DNA from: a bacterium UBP8_UBA817
Lineage (GTDB): Bacteria; Margulisbacteria; Marinamargulisbacteria; CAMDBA01
Direction: 5' to 3'
DNA: 64,000 nucleotides
Assembly (NCBI GenBank): GCA_945888995.1
Contig: CAMDBA010000002.1
Coordinates: 1,345 to 65,344, forward strand
A program made the translations under genes and the position numbers. Below, in pieces: positions 1 through 10,026 of the stretch; the stretch's first letter is position 1, and the number at the start of each line of letters is the position of its first letter. The notes below the pieces were generated by a model, which worked only from the letters and a program-made list of their open reading frames with translations, did not search any database and was not told where the DNA came from.

Positions 1-79
1 TATTCAGTTCGAAAAAGTAAACTCCACCCGCAAACGGAAACCTCTATTAAAAGTAAAGTATCTTTGGGAGATTAGATAA

Positions 80-1186
80 ATGCAACTGTTATTCGTATGC
101 CCTAGTTTATCGATTCAGTGGGGCGGTCCTACCGGTGTGATAGAAGCTATGGGCAGCTTAATAGAAAAAGAGACCGATATTCAGTTAAGGGTTTGTACTA
201 CAACTGATCCTGATACTGATCAAATTTCCTCAAAATTAAAAAATATCATCCTTGTGAAAAGAAACTTTCTTAGTCGAGCGTGGGTTGGCTTTTCTTTTAA
301 ACTGATATTGGTTTTATGGACGGAGGTATCCCGATCTCAAATTGTGCATATTCATGAATTATGGCATTTCCCGGGGGTTATCGCTGCGCTATTCGCAAGT
401 TTTTTAAAAAAGCCCTATGTGATATCCACACATGGCGAACTAGACCTCGGTTATTTAAAGCAAAAAAGGGTGAAAAAGAAGGTTTTTTTTCTCCTGTTTC
501 AAAAAGGAATTTTAAAGCGGGCAAAGAAAGTCTTTGTTTTGTCAGACAAGGAAAATGAAACTGCGAAAAAATGGGTTCCCGATATTTCTTCCCAAGTAAT
601 AGTGAACGGTGTGAGCCTCCCTATAAGCAGGCCGATCAATAAAAAGCCCTATATCCTATTTTTGGGAAGGTTGCACGTTATTAAAGGAATTCCTTTGTTG
701 ATAGACGCTTTTCCGTCAGTACTTGCAAGATTTCCGCAATACCGACTTGTTTTAGCCGGACCTGATGGCGGAATGAAGAAAGAATTGGTGATACAATGTC
801 AAAAATTAGGCATAGAAAATAAAATTGATTTTCTTGGGCTTGTTCAGGGGGCATATAAACAACAACTTTTAGAAGAAGCGGCTGTATTTGTTTTGCCGTC
901 TATTTCAGAGGGATTTGGACTTGTTGTGTTGGAAGCACTAGCTGCCGGTACACCTGTGGTTGTGACCCCTGCATGTGGAGTTTATGGACTTGAAGAAAGC
1001 TTTGGAAGAGTTGTGCCCCGAGATGAAAATCAAATGGCAGAAGCGATTTCATCGTATTTATGTTTAAACACGGAAGATCTCGAAGTGGCCGGAAAAAAAG
1101 CCCAGGGGTTTGTAAAAGAGGCTTACCAATGGGAAAGAATTGTAGAGACGTACATTGGTATTTATAAAAACTGTATAGAGGAATAA
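80..1186 (+). CDS. Glycosyltransferase, family 4 (GT-B fold)
   Basis: 368-aa ORF. C-terminal GT4 signature LPSISEGFGLVVLEALAAGTPVV. First gene of a co-directional sugar cluster. Confidence 0.85.
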   Translation: MQLLFVCPSLSIQWGGPTGVIEAMGSLIEKETDIQLRVCTTTDPDTDQISSKLKNIILVKRNFLSRAWVGFSFKLILVLWTEVSRSQIVHIHELWHFPGVIAALFASFLKKPYVISTHGELDLGYLKQKRVKKKVFFLLFQKGILKRAKKVFVLSDKENETAKKWVPDISSQVIVNGVSLPISRPINKKPYILFLGRLHVIKGIPLLIDAFPSVLARFPQYRLVLAGPDGGMKKELVIQCQKLGIENKIDFLGLVQGAYKQQLLEEAAVFVLPSISEGFGLVVLEALAAGTPVVVTPACGVYGLEESFGRVVPRDENQMAEAISSYLCLNTEDLEVAGKKAQGFVKEAYQWERIVETYIGIYKNCIEE

Positions 1187-1192
1187 ATCAAA

Positions 1193-1948
1193 GTGTCGAC
1201 AAAGGTGTCGGTTATCACAGTCGTATTTAATAATAAACAATTTATTAGCCAGGCAATAGAATCGGTCTTAGCCCAATCGTATGCCAATGTCGAGTATATC
1301 GTCATTGACGGGGGATCGACCGACGGAACATTGGATATTATAAAATCGTATGGGAACAAAATTGAGTACGTGATATCTGAACCTGACCGCGGAATGTACG
1401 ATGCGCTGAACAAGGGTATTAGGTTTGCCAGTGGCGATATTGTGGGAATAGTCAATTCAGATGACGCCCTCTATGACCCTGATGTCATCGCCGATATTGT
1501 AAAAGAATTTGAGAATACCTCTATTGAGTGCAGCTATGGAAACCTGATCTACGTCGATCGCGAGACCGCAACTAAAACTACCCGTACCTGGATTTCTAAA
1601 CCCTTCGAGAGCGGCTTATTTGAAAAAAGTTGGACGCCTGCTCATCCGACATTTTATTGCAGACGGGAGTTGTTTGAAAAATACGGATACTACCGATTGG
1701 ATTTTAAGATTGCGGCGGATGTGGAATTGATGTACCGCTTTTTAGAAAAACATCGGGTCCGGTCGCTCTACATACCGCGTATGATGATGCGGATGCGAAA
1801 TGCGGGGATTAGCAATTCGGGGATTTCCAGCACAGTAATTATTACATCAGAAATGAAACGTGCAATCCGGGAAAACGGAGGTCGGTTCAGCCTGCTCAAG
1901 TATTTATTTTTTAAGGGGCTTAAGATCAAGCAATTTATTCAGCGATGA
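1193..1948 (+). CDS. Glycosyltransferase, family 2
   Basis: 251 aa with a GTG start. N-terminal GT2 pattern VSVITVVFNN...SVLAQSY..EYIVIDGGSTDGT, followed by NSDD. Confidence 0.85.
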   Translation: MSTKVSVITVVFNNKQFISQAIESVLAQSYANVEYIVIDGGSTDGTLDIIKSYGNKIEYVISEPDRGMYDALNKGIRFASGDIVGIVNSDDALYDPDVIADIVKEFENTSIECSYGNLIYVDRETATKTTRTWISKPFESGLFEKSWTPAHPTFYCRRELFEKYGYYRLDFKIAADVELMYRFLEKHRVRSLYIPRMMMRMRNAGISNSGISSTVIITSEMKRAIRENGGRFSLLKYLFFKGLKIKQFIQR

Positions 1949-2886
1949 AAGTCATCATTACAGGCGCCGGCGGGTTTATCGGAACAAACCTTGTGAAAAA
2001 GATGATGGAGCATACTATACGTCCTACTTGCCTTATCCGGCCGGATAGTAGTAAAGAGACGTTGTCGGCATTAGGGGTAACCGATTTTTGCCGGTCGATA
2101 TCGGAATTGTCACAAGTGGATGCAGTCGTGCATCTCGCTGCCCGGGTACACCAAATGAAAGATACAAGCAAGAATCCCCTGGATGAATTTCGGAGTGTGA
2201 ACGTGGAGTATGTGACGCAGTTAGCTAAGGAATCTTTAGAGCGAAACATAAAATGTTTTGTATTTATTAGTTCCGTAAAGGTGTATGGCGAGAACCCTGG
2301 GCGATACAATGAATCGATTCAACCGGATCCTCAAGACCCCTATGGGATAAGCAAGTATGAGGCCGAGCAAGCGCTGATTCGTTTATTTGAGAATCAAACT
2401 TTGGCAAAATTAATTATTTTGAGATTGCCGATGGTGTATGGGCCGGGAAATAAAGGCAACATATTGGCTTTATTGAAAGCCGCGAAAAAACGATATCCGT
2501 TGCCCTTAGGCTCAGCCCATAATAAACGCAGCTTTGTCTATGTCGAAAATGTCGTGGATGCGATTAGAACGGTTTTAGAAGATAAGACAGCGAATGAATC
2601 GACCGTGTCGGTTTTTAATATTACCGATGCTGAAACGATCTCTTCGTCTGAGCTGTATAATCTGATTTCTCTGGAAATGAACGGATACCGGCTGTCTTGG
2701 CCGTTGCCTCGATTCTGTTGGACAATCGCAGGTCACCTAAAAAAGTCCATTCGGTCGGTTGAAAAACGACTATTTGATGAATATTGTATGGATAATACCG
2801 CTTTTTGTTCAGCATACGGGTGGCAGCCGCCATTCACCTTAAAAGAAGGGATTAACAAAACCGTCCAATGGTATCTGAAATGTTAA
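1945..2886 (+). CDS. NAD-dependent nucleotide-sugar epimerase/dehydratase (SDR family)
   Basis: 313 aa. Rossmann motif ITGAGGFIGTNL and catalytic YxxxK (YGISKYEAE). The ATG overlaps the upstream stop (ATGA). Confidence 0.8.
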   Translation: MKVIITGAGGFIGTNLVKKMMEHTIRPTCLIRPDSSKETLSALGVTDFCRSISELSQVDAVVHLAARVHQMKDTSKNPLDEFRSVNVEYVTQLAKESLERNIKCFVFISSVKVYGENPGRYNESIQPDPQDPYGISKYEAEQALIRLFENQTLAKLIILRLPMVYGPGNKGNILALLKAAKKRYPLPLGSAHNKRSFVYVENVVDAIRTVLEDKTANESTVSVFNITDAETISSSELYNLISLEMNGYRLSWPLPRFCWTIAGHLKKSIRSVEKRLFDEYCMDNTAFCSAYGWQPPFTLKEGINKTVQWYLKC

Positions 2887-3899
2887 TCTATTTACTGAGC
2901 TTTTTTCTTTCGTTTATCGCCGTTTATGGGATGCGACGCTTTTGTCTGTGGAAAGGGATTATGGATGTGCCGAACACCCGCAGCTCGCACGTCAATCCAA
3001 CCGCGAGAATCGGCGGTGTCGGATTTATCGTTGCTTATATTGCGAGTTTGGCTTTGTGGGGCGATGTCAGCATCTTGTTTTGCAAAATGCTGGCGATCGC
3101 CGTCGGCGTGTCCATTTTGAGTTTAATGGATGATTTGAAAGGATTAAAACCCTCTATCAGGTTTTTGGTTCATATTCTATTTTCGGTTGGTATTTTTGTA
3201 TTGGGAATAAAACTAATTGGGATTTCCATGCCGTTTGTAGAAATGCGGTTCGCTACGATGGCGTTTCAGATTGTCATCTCCGTATTTTTCCTCGCGGCCA
3301 TGACGAATGTGTATAATTTTATGGATGGGATTGATGGCTATGCCGGTGGAGTAGGGATTTTAGGGGCATTAAGTCTGGCGGGGTTTGCACAAATTGCAGG
3401 AAAGGTTGCGATTGTAGATGCATTGTTAATGTTAGCTGCGGTATTAGCCGGATTTTGGATATGGAATTATCCCAAGGCAAAAATTTTTATGGGAGACGTC
3501 GGAAGTGCGTTTCTCGGCTTTTATTTTGGAGCGGTCATCCTTTACTTAACATTGATAAATGCGGACTTTTTATTGCCGATGTTAATGGTGTTCGGGGTAT
3601 TTATCGGAGATGCGTCTGTAACAATGATTCGTCGATTGATTAATAGAGAAAAAATCTGGGAAGCGCATCGATCTCATTTTTATCAGCGATTAACGATAAT
3701 CGGATGGTCGCATCGACGTGTTATTTGGCTGGAATTTGTCCATATGGTGATTTGTTGTATGCTGGCATTTGGTTATTTATCTGTACCTGAAGCCGGTCGT
3801 TTAGTATTAATATCGGTTTTTTTGTTAACATTTGTAATAAAGTTTGGCTACATTACACTCTTGGAAAGATCGGGGCGGGTCCTTCATGAAGCTGGATAA
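2868..3899 (+). CDS. Polyprenyl-phosphate sugar-1-phosphate transferase (WecA/WbpL/MraY family)
   Basis: 343 aa with many predicted TM helices. Motifs MDDLKGL and NVYNFMDGIDGYAGG are typical of the MraY/WecA superfamily. An alternative start lies at 2880. Confidence 0.85.
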   Translation: MVSEMLIYLLSFFLSFIAVYGMRRFCLWKGIMDVPNTRSSHVNPTARIGGVGFIVAYIASLALWGDVSILFCKMLAIAVGVSILSLMDDLKGLKPSIRFLVHILFSVGIFVLGIKLIGISMPFVEMRFATMAFQIVISVFFLAAMTNVYNFMDGIDGYAGGVGILGALSLAGFAQIAGKVAIVDALLMLAAVLAGFWIWNYPKAKIFMGDVGSAFLGFYFGAVILYLTLINADFLLPMLMVFGVFIGDASVTMIRRLINREKIWEAHRSHFYQRLTIIGWSHRRVIWLEFVHMVICCMLAFGYLSVPEAGRLVLISVFLLTFVIKFGYITLLERSGRVLHEAG

Positions 3900-4494
3900 G
3901 TTAAGACATCATTATAAGCTCATAATCGGCCTTATTATCGGGGGGATTTTTCTGCTGGCTTTAGCGCCGTTTTGCCTTCGGCAAGTGGGTGCCTATCTAG
4001 TTAAAACTGATAACTTTCAAAAAGCGGATGTTGCAATCGTGCTGGCCGGATGTAATGGTGAACGAATTCAGAAAGCCGCATGGCTCTATCACCATAAAAA
4101 AGTCAAAACGGTATTGATGAGCGGCGGAGGTGTGTTTTTCGGTCGCTATTATACGGATTACATGGCGGATTATGCCGTCCAATTAGGCGTGCCGAGGAAA
4201 CATATTATATCGGAAAGGGACTCCCTGAGCACATTTGAGAGTGCCGTGGCGTGCAAACCGGTCTTAAGATCTCAGCATATTAAAACCGCAGTTTTAGTGA
4301 CCTCTTATTATCATACCCGCCGAGCATATGCTATTTTTGAGAAGATATTGAAGGATTCTGGTGTGCACTTATATGTAATTGGCGCGTCTGATGAGGTGGA
4401 TTACAAAAATTGGTGGAAGCACCATGAAATGGCGGAGAAAGTCTTGCAGGAATGGTGTAAGACGATTGTGTATTTTTTTCAATATAAGGTTTAA
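3886..4494 (+). CDS. DUF218 / YdcF-ElyC family protein
   Basis: N-terminal TM helix, then ADVAIVLAGCNGERI...VLMSGGG, typical of DUF218. I prefer the internal ATG at 3886 (MKLDKLRHH) to the track start at 3844, which lies deep inside the upstream gene. Confidence 0.6.
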   Translation: MKLDKLRHHYKLIIGLIIGGIFLLALAPFCLRQVGAYLVKTDNFQKADVAIVLAGCNGERIQKAAWLYHHKKVKTVLMSGGGVFFGRYYTDYMADYAVQLGVPRKHIISERDSLSTFESAVACKPVLRSQHIKTAVLVTSYYHTRRAYAIFEKILKDSGVHLYVIGASDEVDYKNWWKHHEMAEKVLQEWCKTIVYFFQYKV

Positions 4495-4534
4495 TACAAC
4501 TCGTGATTAAACGAATTTAAAGGGATAGAAAGCT

Positions 4535-5875
4535 ATGAACATTGCAATCATTGGAACCGGATATGTTGGCTTGGTGACGGGCGCTTGTTTTTCACAAGTT
4601 GGAAATCAAGTCTGGTGTGTGGATAACGACCTGGAAAAAATAAACACCCTAAACCAAGGCCAGATACCGATATATGAACCTCAACTCGAAGAATTTGTCG
4701 CCCAAGGGCTGCATACTCAAAATTTGATATTTACATCCGATATTCAGATGGTATTGGCCCAGGCGACTGTTGTATTTATTACGGTTGGCACACCGATGAA
4801 GGACGATGGAAGTCCTGATTTAAGCGCGGTTTTAGCTGTTGCAAAAGAAATCGGGCAAAATATGTCGCATAAGCTGATTATTGTAAATAAGTCGACGGTT
4901 CCTGTCGGCACCGGTGATACTGTTCGCCGTGAAATTCAGTCTGTGCTTGATTTTAGGGAAAGCGGACTTACCTTTGATGTGGTGTCGAACCCTGAATTTT
5001 TAAAAGAAGGTAGCGCGATTGACGATTTTCTAAGACCGGACAGGGTGGTAATCGGCGCTGAAAATATCGAAACAGTCGAAATGATCAAGCAGCTATATGC
5101 ACCTTTTGTAAGAACAAATGACCGGTTTATCCAAATGAGTGTCCGCAGCGCTGAGATGACTAAATACGCAGCCAATGCCATGTTGGCCACGAAAATTAGT
5201 TTTATTAATGAAATTGCCATGATTTGCGAGCGTGTCGGCGCAGATGTGAACAAGGTTAGAATCGGGATCGGAAGTGACCATCGAATTGGATATAATTTTA
5301 TTTATCCCGGTTGTGGATATGGCGGTAGTTGTTTTCCAAAAGATGTTAAGGCGTTGGAAGCACTGGCCTCGGAAGTAGGGTTAGAGCCGGGCTTACTTAA
5401 TTCGGTTTCAGAAGTAAATGAGCGGCAGAAAATAGTTTTAGTACATAAAGTTCAAGCCTATTTTGGTAAGGATCTATCTGGTTTGACCTTTGCGATATGG
5501 GGGCTTTCATTTAAGCCTAATACGGATGATATGAGGGAGGCACCAAGTATCATTATTATTAAAGCATTGGTTGAATGCGGAGCAACGATTTTAGCCTATG
5601 ATCCAAAGGCCGTTAGTGCCGCAAAGAACGGACCTTTAAAAGACATACCTAATCTAAGATATGTGCCTTCCAAATATGATGCTTTAGATAATGCGGATGC
5701 GCTTTTGTTAATTACTGAATGGAAAGAATTTAAGAGTCCGGATTTTGATGAAATGGGTAGAAGAATGAAAGCCAAGGTGATCTTTGATGGAAGAAATCAA
5801 TATAGTGAAAAATACCTGAGATCCATTGGGTTTGGGTATCATCAAATCGGTGTTCAACCAGTAAGCCCTCTATAA
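4535..5875 (+). CDS. ugd: UDP-glucose 6-dehydrogenase
   Basis: 446 aa. N-terminal MNIAIIGTGYVGLVTGACF and catalytic-Cys region GYGGSCFPKDV. Confidence 0.9.
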   Translation: MNIAIIGTGYVGLVTGACFSQVGNQVWCVDNDLEKINTLNQGQIPIYEPQLEEFVAQGLHTQNLIFTSDIQMVLAQATVVFITVGTPMKDDGSPDLSAVLAVAKEIGQNMSHKLIIVNKSTVPVGTGDTVRREIQSVLDFRESGLTFDVVSNPEFLKEGSAIDDFLRPDRVVIGAENIETVEMIKQLYAPFVRTNDRFIQMSVRSAEMTKYAANAMLATKISFINEIAMICERVGADVNKVRIGIGSDHRIGYNFIYPGCGYGGSCFPKDVKALEALASEVGLEPGLLNSVSEVNERQKIVLVHKVQAYFGKDLSGLTFAIWGLSFKPNTDDMREAPSIIIIKALVECGATILAYDPKAVSAAKNGPLKDIPNLRYVPSKYDALDNADALLLITEWKEFKSPDFDEMGRRMKAKVIFDGRNQYSEKYLRSIGFGYHQIGVQPVSPL

Positions 5876-5877
5876 TT

Positions 5878-6840
5878 ATGGAAAACAAAAACACTTATCT
5901 TGTCACCGGCGCCGCAGGCTTCATCGGCTCAAACCTAATTGAATCTATTTTGAATAATGGAGATAAAGTTGTCGGGTTGGATAATCTTGCAACCGGAAAG
6001 CTGGAAAATCTAAGTTTTATTGAAACCCATCCTCATCGAGAAAACTTTCAGTTAATAGAAGGCGATATAACCGATATATCCATCTGTAATGAGAGTTGCC
6101 GAGGCGTCGACTATATCCTCCATCATGCCGCATTAGCCTCCGTTGCCGAATCAATGGCGTTGCCCGAAAAATATGAGGAAATCAACATAGGGGGAACCCT
6201 GAATCTTTTACAGGCCGCAAAAAAAGCCCAAGTAAAACGTTTTGTATTCGCCTCTTCATCCGCAGTTTATGGCGATTCCCCGGAATTCCCAAAGCACGAG
6301 GCCCTCTGTCCCAATCCAAAATCCCCATATGCCATCACCAAGCTTTCAGGCGAGTATTATTGCAAACTTTTTTACGAATCCTTCGGATTGCCGACTGTGA
6401 TCTTGCGGTATTTTAATATTTTTGGTCCGAAACAAGATCCGACTTCCCAATATTCTGCGGTTATTCCGTTATTTATCGACGCATTTTTAAAAGGGAAATC
6501 GCCAAAAATTTTTGGCGATGGTGAACAAACCCGTGATTTTGTATATGTTCAAAATATTGTAAAAGCCAACCTCGCCGCCTGCCATGCCCCCGATTCCATC
6601 TTCGGAAAACCCGTCAACATCGGCTGCGGAGACCGAATCTCGATTAACCAATTAGCCCATAAAATAAAAGCCTTGATGAAGAGTCCGACCTCGATTCAAT
6701 ACGAGCCACCAAGAGCCGGGGATGTTCGGGATAGCCTGGCCGATATTACCCGCGCTAAATCCGCAGGTTTAATCGATAACCCGATCGGTTTGGACGAAGG
6801 CCTCAAATACACGGTGGAATGGTTTCTGAACCATAAGTAA
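5878..6840 (+). CDS. NAD-dependent nucleotide-sugar 4-epimerase (WbpP/TviC-like)
   Basis: 320 aa. LVTGAAGFIGSNL, YAITKLSGE (YxxxK), and the ...TRDFVYV... region typical of the extended-SDR epimerase group. Confidence 0.8.
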   Translation: MENKNTYLVTGAAGFIGSNLIESILNNGDKVVGLDNLATGKLENLSFIETHPHRENFQLIEGDITDISICNESCRGVDYILHHAALASVAESMALPEKYEEINIGGTLNLLQAAKKAQVKRFVFASSSAVYGDSPEFPKHEALCPNPKSPYAITKLSGEYYCKLFYESFGLPTVILRYFNIFGPKQDPTSQYSAVIPLFIDAFLKGKSPKIFGDGEQTRDFVYVQNIVKANLAACHAPDSIFGKPVNIGCGDRISINQLAHKIKALMKSPTSIQYEPPRAGDVRDSLADITRAKSAGLIDNPIGLDEGLKYTVEWFLNHK

Positions 6841-6972
6841 ATAGAACTAAGAGAGCCGGGTATAAGGCAAAAGAAGCTCAAAACATTTATCATTTCCTAC
6901 TTTTGAGTTACCATAATCCTAATATATTTAAACGGATCTTCTGCCGGAAGATCTGTAAAAGGAGACTTCCCA

Positions 6973-8673
6973 ATGCCCCACTCACCCTTCCACCGCAAAC
7001 ACTCATCCCCAGTCGTAGACGGCGCCGACCGAGCACCCTCACGGGCCATGCTCAGAGCAGTGGGATTTGAGGATGCGGATTTTGACAAATCGGTCATTGG
7101 GATTGCCTCGACATGGAGCATGGTGACGCCCTGCAATATGCACATCGATCAGCTCGCAAGGGAAGCTGAAATCGGTGTGAATGATGCTGGTGGAAAAGGC
7201 CTGATTTTTAATACAATTACGATTTCTGATGGGATTTCAATGGGAACCGAAGGAATGAAATACTCGCTCGTCTCCCGTGAAGTGATTGCGGACTCGATCG
7301 AAACCGTGGCGGCTTGCGAAGGCTTTGATGGGATTGTCGCCATTGGCGGCTGTGATAAAAATATGCCCGCATGTCTGATCGCCTTAGCTCGGATGGATCG
7401 CCCCGGCGTATTTGTGTATGGCGGAACAATTTTACCCGGCTGTCACAATGAGGAAGATGTGGATGTCGTCTCTGTTTTTGAAGCAGTGGGCGCGCATGCC
7501 AATCATAAAATATCGGACAAAGAACTCCACGATATCGAAGCCTGCGCGATTCCCGGGCCCGGTTCTTGCGGGGGTATGTATACGGCGAATACGATGGCGT
7601 CGGCAATCGAAGCGTTAGGCATGAGCCTGCCGAATAGTTCCGGTCAGGCCGCGGTATCCGATCATAAAAAAGAAGATTGCCGGCTTGCGGGAAAAGCCGT
7701 TTTAAACTTAATTGAAAAAGGCATTACCCCACGACAAATTATGACCCGGAAAGCCTTTGAGAACGCCATTACGGTGGTCATCGCATTAGGTGGATCGACG
7801 AATGCGGTCTTGCATTTATTGGCGATGGCGAATACTGCCGGCGTGGCATTGGAATTGGATGATTTTACTAGAATCGGTGAAAAAGTGCCGGTTTTAGCCG
7901 ATCTGAAACCCAGTGGAAAATACATGATGTCTAAATTAGTTGAGATCGGTGGGGTTGCACCGTTGATGAAGCGGTTATTGGCCGCCGGATTATTGCATGG
8001 CGATTGTCTGACCGTAACAGGCAAAACATTAGCCGAAAACTTGGCGGAGATAGCTGATTATCCGGACGGTCAGCAGATTATCAAACCGTTGTCGGATCCG
8101 ATTAAACCGAATAGCCACTTGGTCGTGTGTTACGGCAATCTCGCTGCAAAAGGTGCTGTTGCCAAGATCTCCGGAAAAGAAGGCTTGGCATTCTCCGGAA
8201 TTGCACGAGTATTTGAGTCAGAAGAAGACGCCATGAAACAGATTTTAGACGGTACGGTTGTAAAAGGTGATGTTCTGGTCATTCGCTACGAAGGCCCGAA
8301 AGGCGGACCTGGAATGCGTGAAATGTTATCCCCGACCTCAGCGGTGATGGGGCGAGGTCTCGGAAAAGATGTCGCGCTGATTACCGACGGACGGTTTTCC
8401 GGCGGAACACATGGATTTGTCGTCGGGCATATTACCCCTGAGGCCTACGAAGGCGGACTATTGGCGATCGTTGAAAACGGTGACCGTATCACCATCGATG
8501 CGCAGATTCATCAATTAACCCTTCATGTGAGCGAAGAAGAAATCAAACGCCGATTCACATTATGGAAAAAGCCCGCGCCGAAATATACCCGAGGCGTTCT
8601 GGCCAAATATCAAAAATTAGTCAATTCCGCATCCGAAGGCGCATTAACGGATGCGAACTTGGAATTAGAATAA
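6973..8673 (+). CDS. ilvD: Dihydroxy-acid dehydratase
   Basis: 566 aa with full-length IlvD/Edd pattern: [40 protein letters not shown]. Confidence 0.95.
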   Translation: MPHSPFHRKHSSPVVDGADRAPSRAMLRAVGFEDADFDKSVIGIASTWSMVTPCNMHIDQLAREAEIGVNDAGGKGLIFNTITISDGISMGTEGMKYSLVSREVIADSIETVAACEGFDGIVAIGGCDKNMPACLIALARMDRPGVFVYGGTILPGCHNEEDVDVVSVFEAVGAHANHKISDKELHDIEACAIPGPGSCGGMYTANTMASAIEALGMSLPNSSGQAAVSDHKKEDCRLAGKAVLNLIEKGITPRQIMTRKAFENAITVVIALGGSTNAVLHLLAMANTAGVALELDDFTRIGEKVPVLADLKPSGKYMMSKLVEIGGVAPLMKRLLAAGLLHGDCLTVTGKTLAENLAEIADYPDGQQIIKPLSDPIKPNSHLVVCYGNLAAKGAVAKISGKEGLAFSGIARVFESEEDAMKQILDGTVVKGDVLVIRYEGPKGGPGMREMLSPTSAVMGRGLGKDVALITDGRFSGGTHGFVVGHITPEAYEGGLLAIVENGDRITIDAQIHQLTLHVSEEEIKRRFTLWKKPAPKYTRGVLAKYQKLVNSASEGALTDANLELE

Positions 8674-9482
8674 TGAGCCCAAAATTAGCGGTTATTCAGT
8701 TTCCCGGAAGTAATTGTGAATATGAGACCCGCCGAGCAGCTGCACAGTACGGCTTTGATGCCGAAATTGTGCGATGGACCGTAGATCGGGAGACCTTCGA
8801 TCGGTTCGACGCCTATATTTTACCCGGCGGCTTTTCGTATCAGGATCGAGTGAGGGCCGGTGTAATTGCGTCCAAATTACCTGTTCTTCAATTTCTTGCC
8901 GAGGCGGCGGAAAAAGGCAAGCTTATCTTAGGAATCTGTAACGGATGCCAGATTTTGGCTGAAGCCGGATTAGTGCCGGGGCTGGGTGGAAAAGCCGCCA
9001 TTTCGATCGCATTAGCGCATAACGCCAGGCAAAACCGACCTGTAGGCTTTATCTGCGATTGGGTGAATGTCAAAGTTCAGACGCCTAAGGCCAGTGTGTT
9101 TACCCGGTATTTTAGTGAAAATGATATTTTTCCGATTCCGATCAATCATGGCGAAGGCCGATTTGTTCTGTCACCGGAAGTCGAAGCGGTATTACCGACA
9201 TTAAGTACAGTTGTCTATTGCTCGGCCGAGGGTCAAATAGAGACTGAATTCCCGATTAACCCTAACGGCAGTCAGCATAATTTGGCCGGTATGGGGAGTC
9301 AGAAGGGCAATGTGTTCGCGATCATGCCGCATCCTGAACGGGCCGCCTTTCTCAAGCAAGTGCCTGAATCTGCTGGGAAATGGGGTCGGGATAAAATCGA
9401 AGGATTGCGAACCGGGAGCCAGAAAGACGGTCCTTGGGCACCGCTTTTTGTCTCAATGGCCGATTTTTTAACCAAAGGATAA
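8673..9482 (+). CDS. purQ: Phosphoribosylformylglycinamidine synthase, glutaminase subunit
   Basis: [18 protein letters not shown]..., nucleophile GICNGCQIL, and the HPER motif near the C-terminus. The start at 8673 overlaps the ilvD stop (TAATG). The track ORF start at 8562 lies inside ilvD. Confidence 0.9.
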   Translation: MSPKLAVIQFPGSNCEYETRRAAAQYGFDAEIVRWTVDRETFDRFDAYILPGGFSYQDRVRAGVIASKLPVLQFLAEAAEKGKLILGICNGCQILAEAGLVPGLGGKAAISIALAHNARQNRPVGFICDWVNVKVQTPKASVFTRYFSENDIFPIPINHGEGRFVLSPEVEAVLPTLSTVVYCSAEGQIETEFPINPNGSQHNLAGMGSQKGNVFAIMPHPERAAFLKQVPESAGKWGRDKIEGLRTGSQKDGPWAPLFVSMADFLTKG

Positions 9483-9486
9483 ATAA

Positions 9487-10026
9487 ATGTCAGTTGTTTC
9501 AGTTTATACGATGCTCAAAAATACCGACCTTCACAGCCTATCCGCTCAGGAAGCTATTCACGAGATGATGGCGTACCCGTCTCTCGTCTCTCTGCGCAGA
9601 TTCGGTCTTTGGGAAGTAACGCTCGCCTCTTCCGGTGATGCGGCGTTGAATGAGGTTCAGCAAATCATCGATCAGTCGTATTACCTGCTCAATCCCAATA
9701 AAGAACATTATTTTATCTCGAATCTTCCGGCGACTCCTACCTCGTCCGCCCACGTACGTTTTCTAATTAAAGTGACCAACCGACTTTTACAGCCCGACTA
9801 TGACGCGATTATCGAGAAGATTGAAAAACGGGTGGGGGTTAAGGTGAACGCCCTGTCATACTATTTATTGTGGGAAGTAGTCGTAGATCGGCGTAACCTA
9901 TCTGATACGGCCCTCAGAGCCGAAGTTGAAAAGAAAGTCATTGCCTCAGCTGATCGGGCGCATGGGATTTTGATTAATCCGTTATACGAAACGATGTCAT
10001 TTCTGGAGCCTGCTTATGCCGGATAA
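9487..10026 (+). CDS. Tandem PurS-like protein (two PurS-type modules in one chain)
   Basis: 179 aa directly after purQ. Both halves repeat the same pattern: ...GLWEVTL...YLLNPNKEHY and ...LLWEVVV...ILINPLYETM. This resembles the ~80-aa PurS family. Confidence 0.5.
   Translation: MSVVSVYTMLKNTDLHSLSAQEAIHEMMAYPSLVSLRRFGLWEVTLASSGDAALNEVQQIIDQSYYLLNPNKEHYFISNLPATPTSSAHVRFLIKVTNRLLQPDYDAIIEKIEKRVGVKVNALSYYLLWEVVVDRRNLSDTALRAEVEKKVIASADRAHGILINPLYETMSFLEPAYAG

Noticed and set aside
483-490. T8 homopolymer inside the GT4 glycosyltransferase gene as a phase-variation switch.
   Set aside because: Eight T residues is short for slipped-strand switching. The tract simply encodes Val-Phe-Phe in a hydrophobic stretch, and nothing indicates length heterogeneity.
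8562-8672. N-terminal 37-codon extension of the purQ ORF as listed in the track.
   Set aside because: The extension lies wholly inside the ilvD coding region. The conserved PurQ sequence begins at the ATG at 8673, which overlaps the ilvD stop. The same logic applies to the track starts at 10837 (TPR protein), 25621 (aminotransferase), 50535 (aroK), 18285 (GH94-like) and 43235 (dikinase-like).
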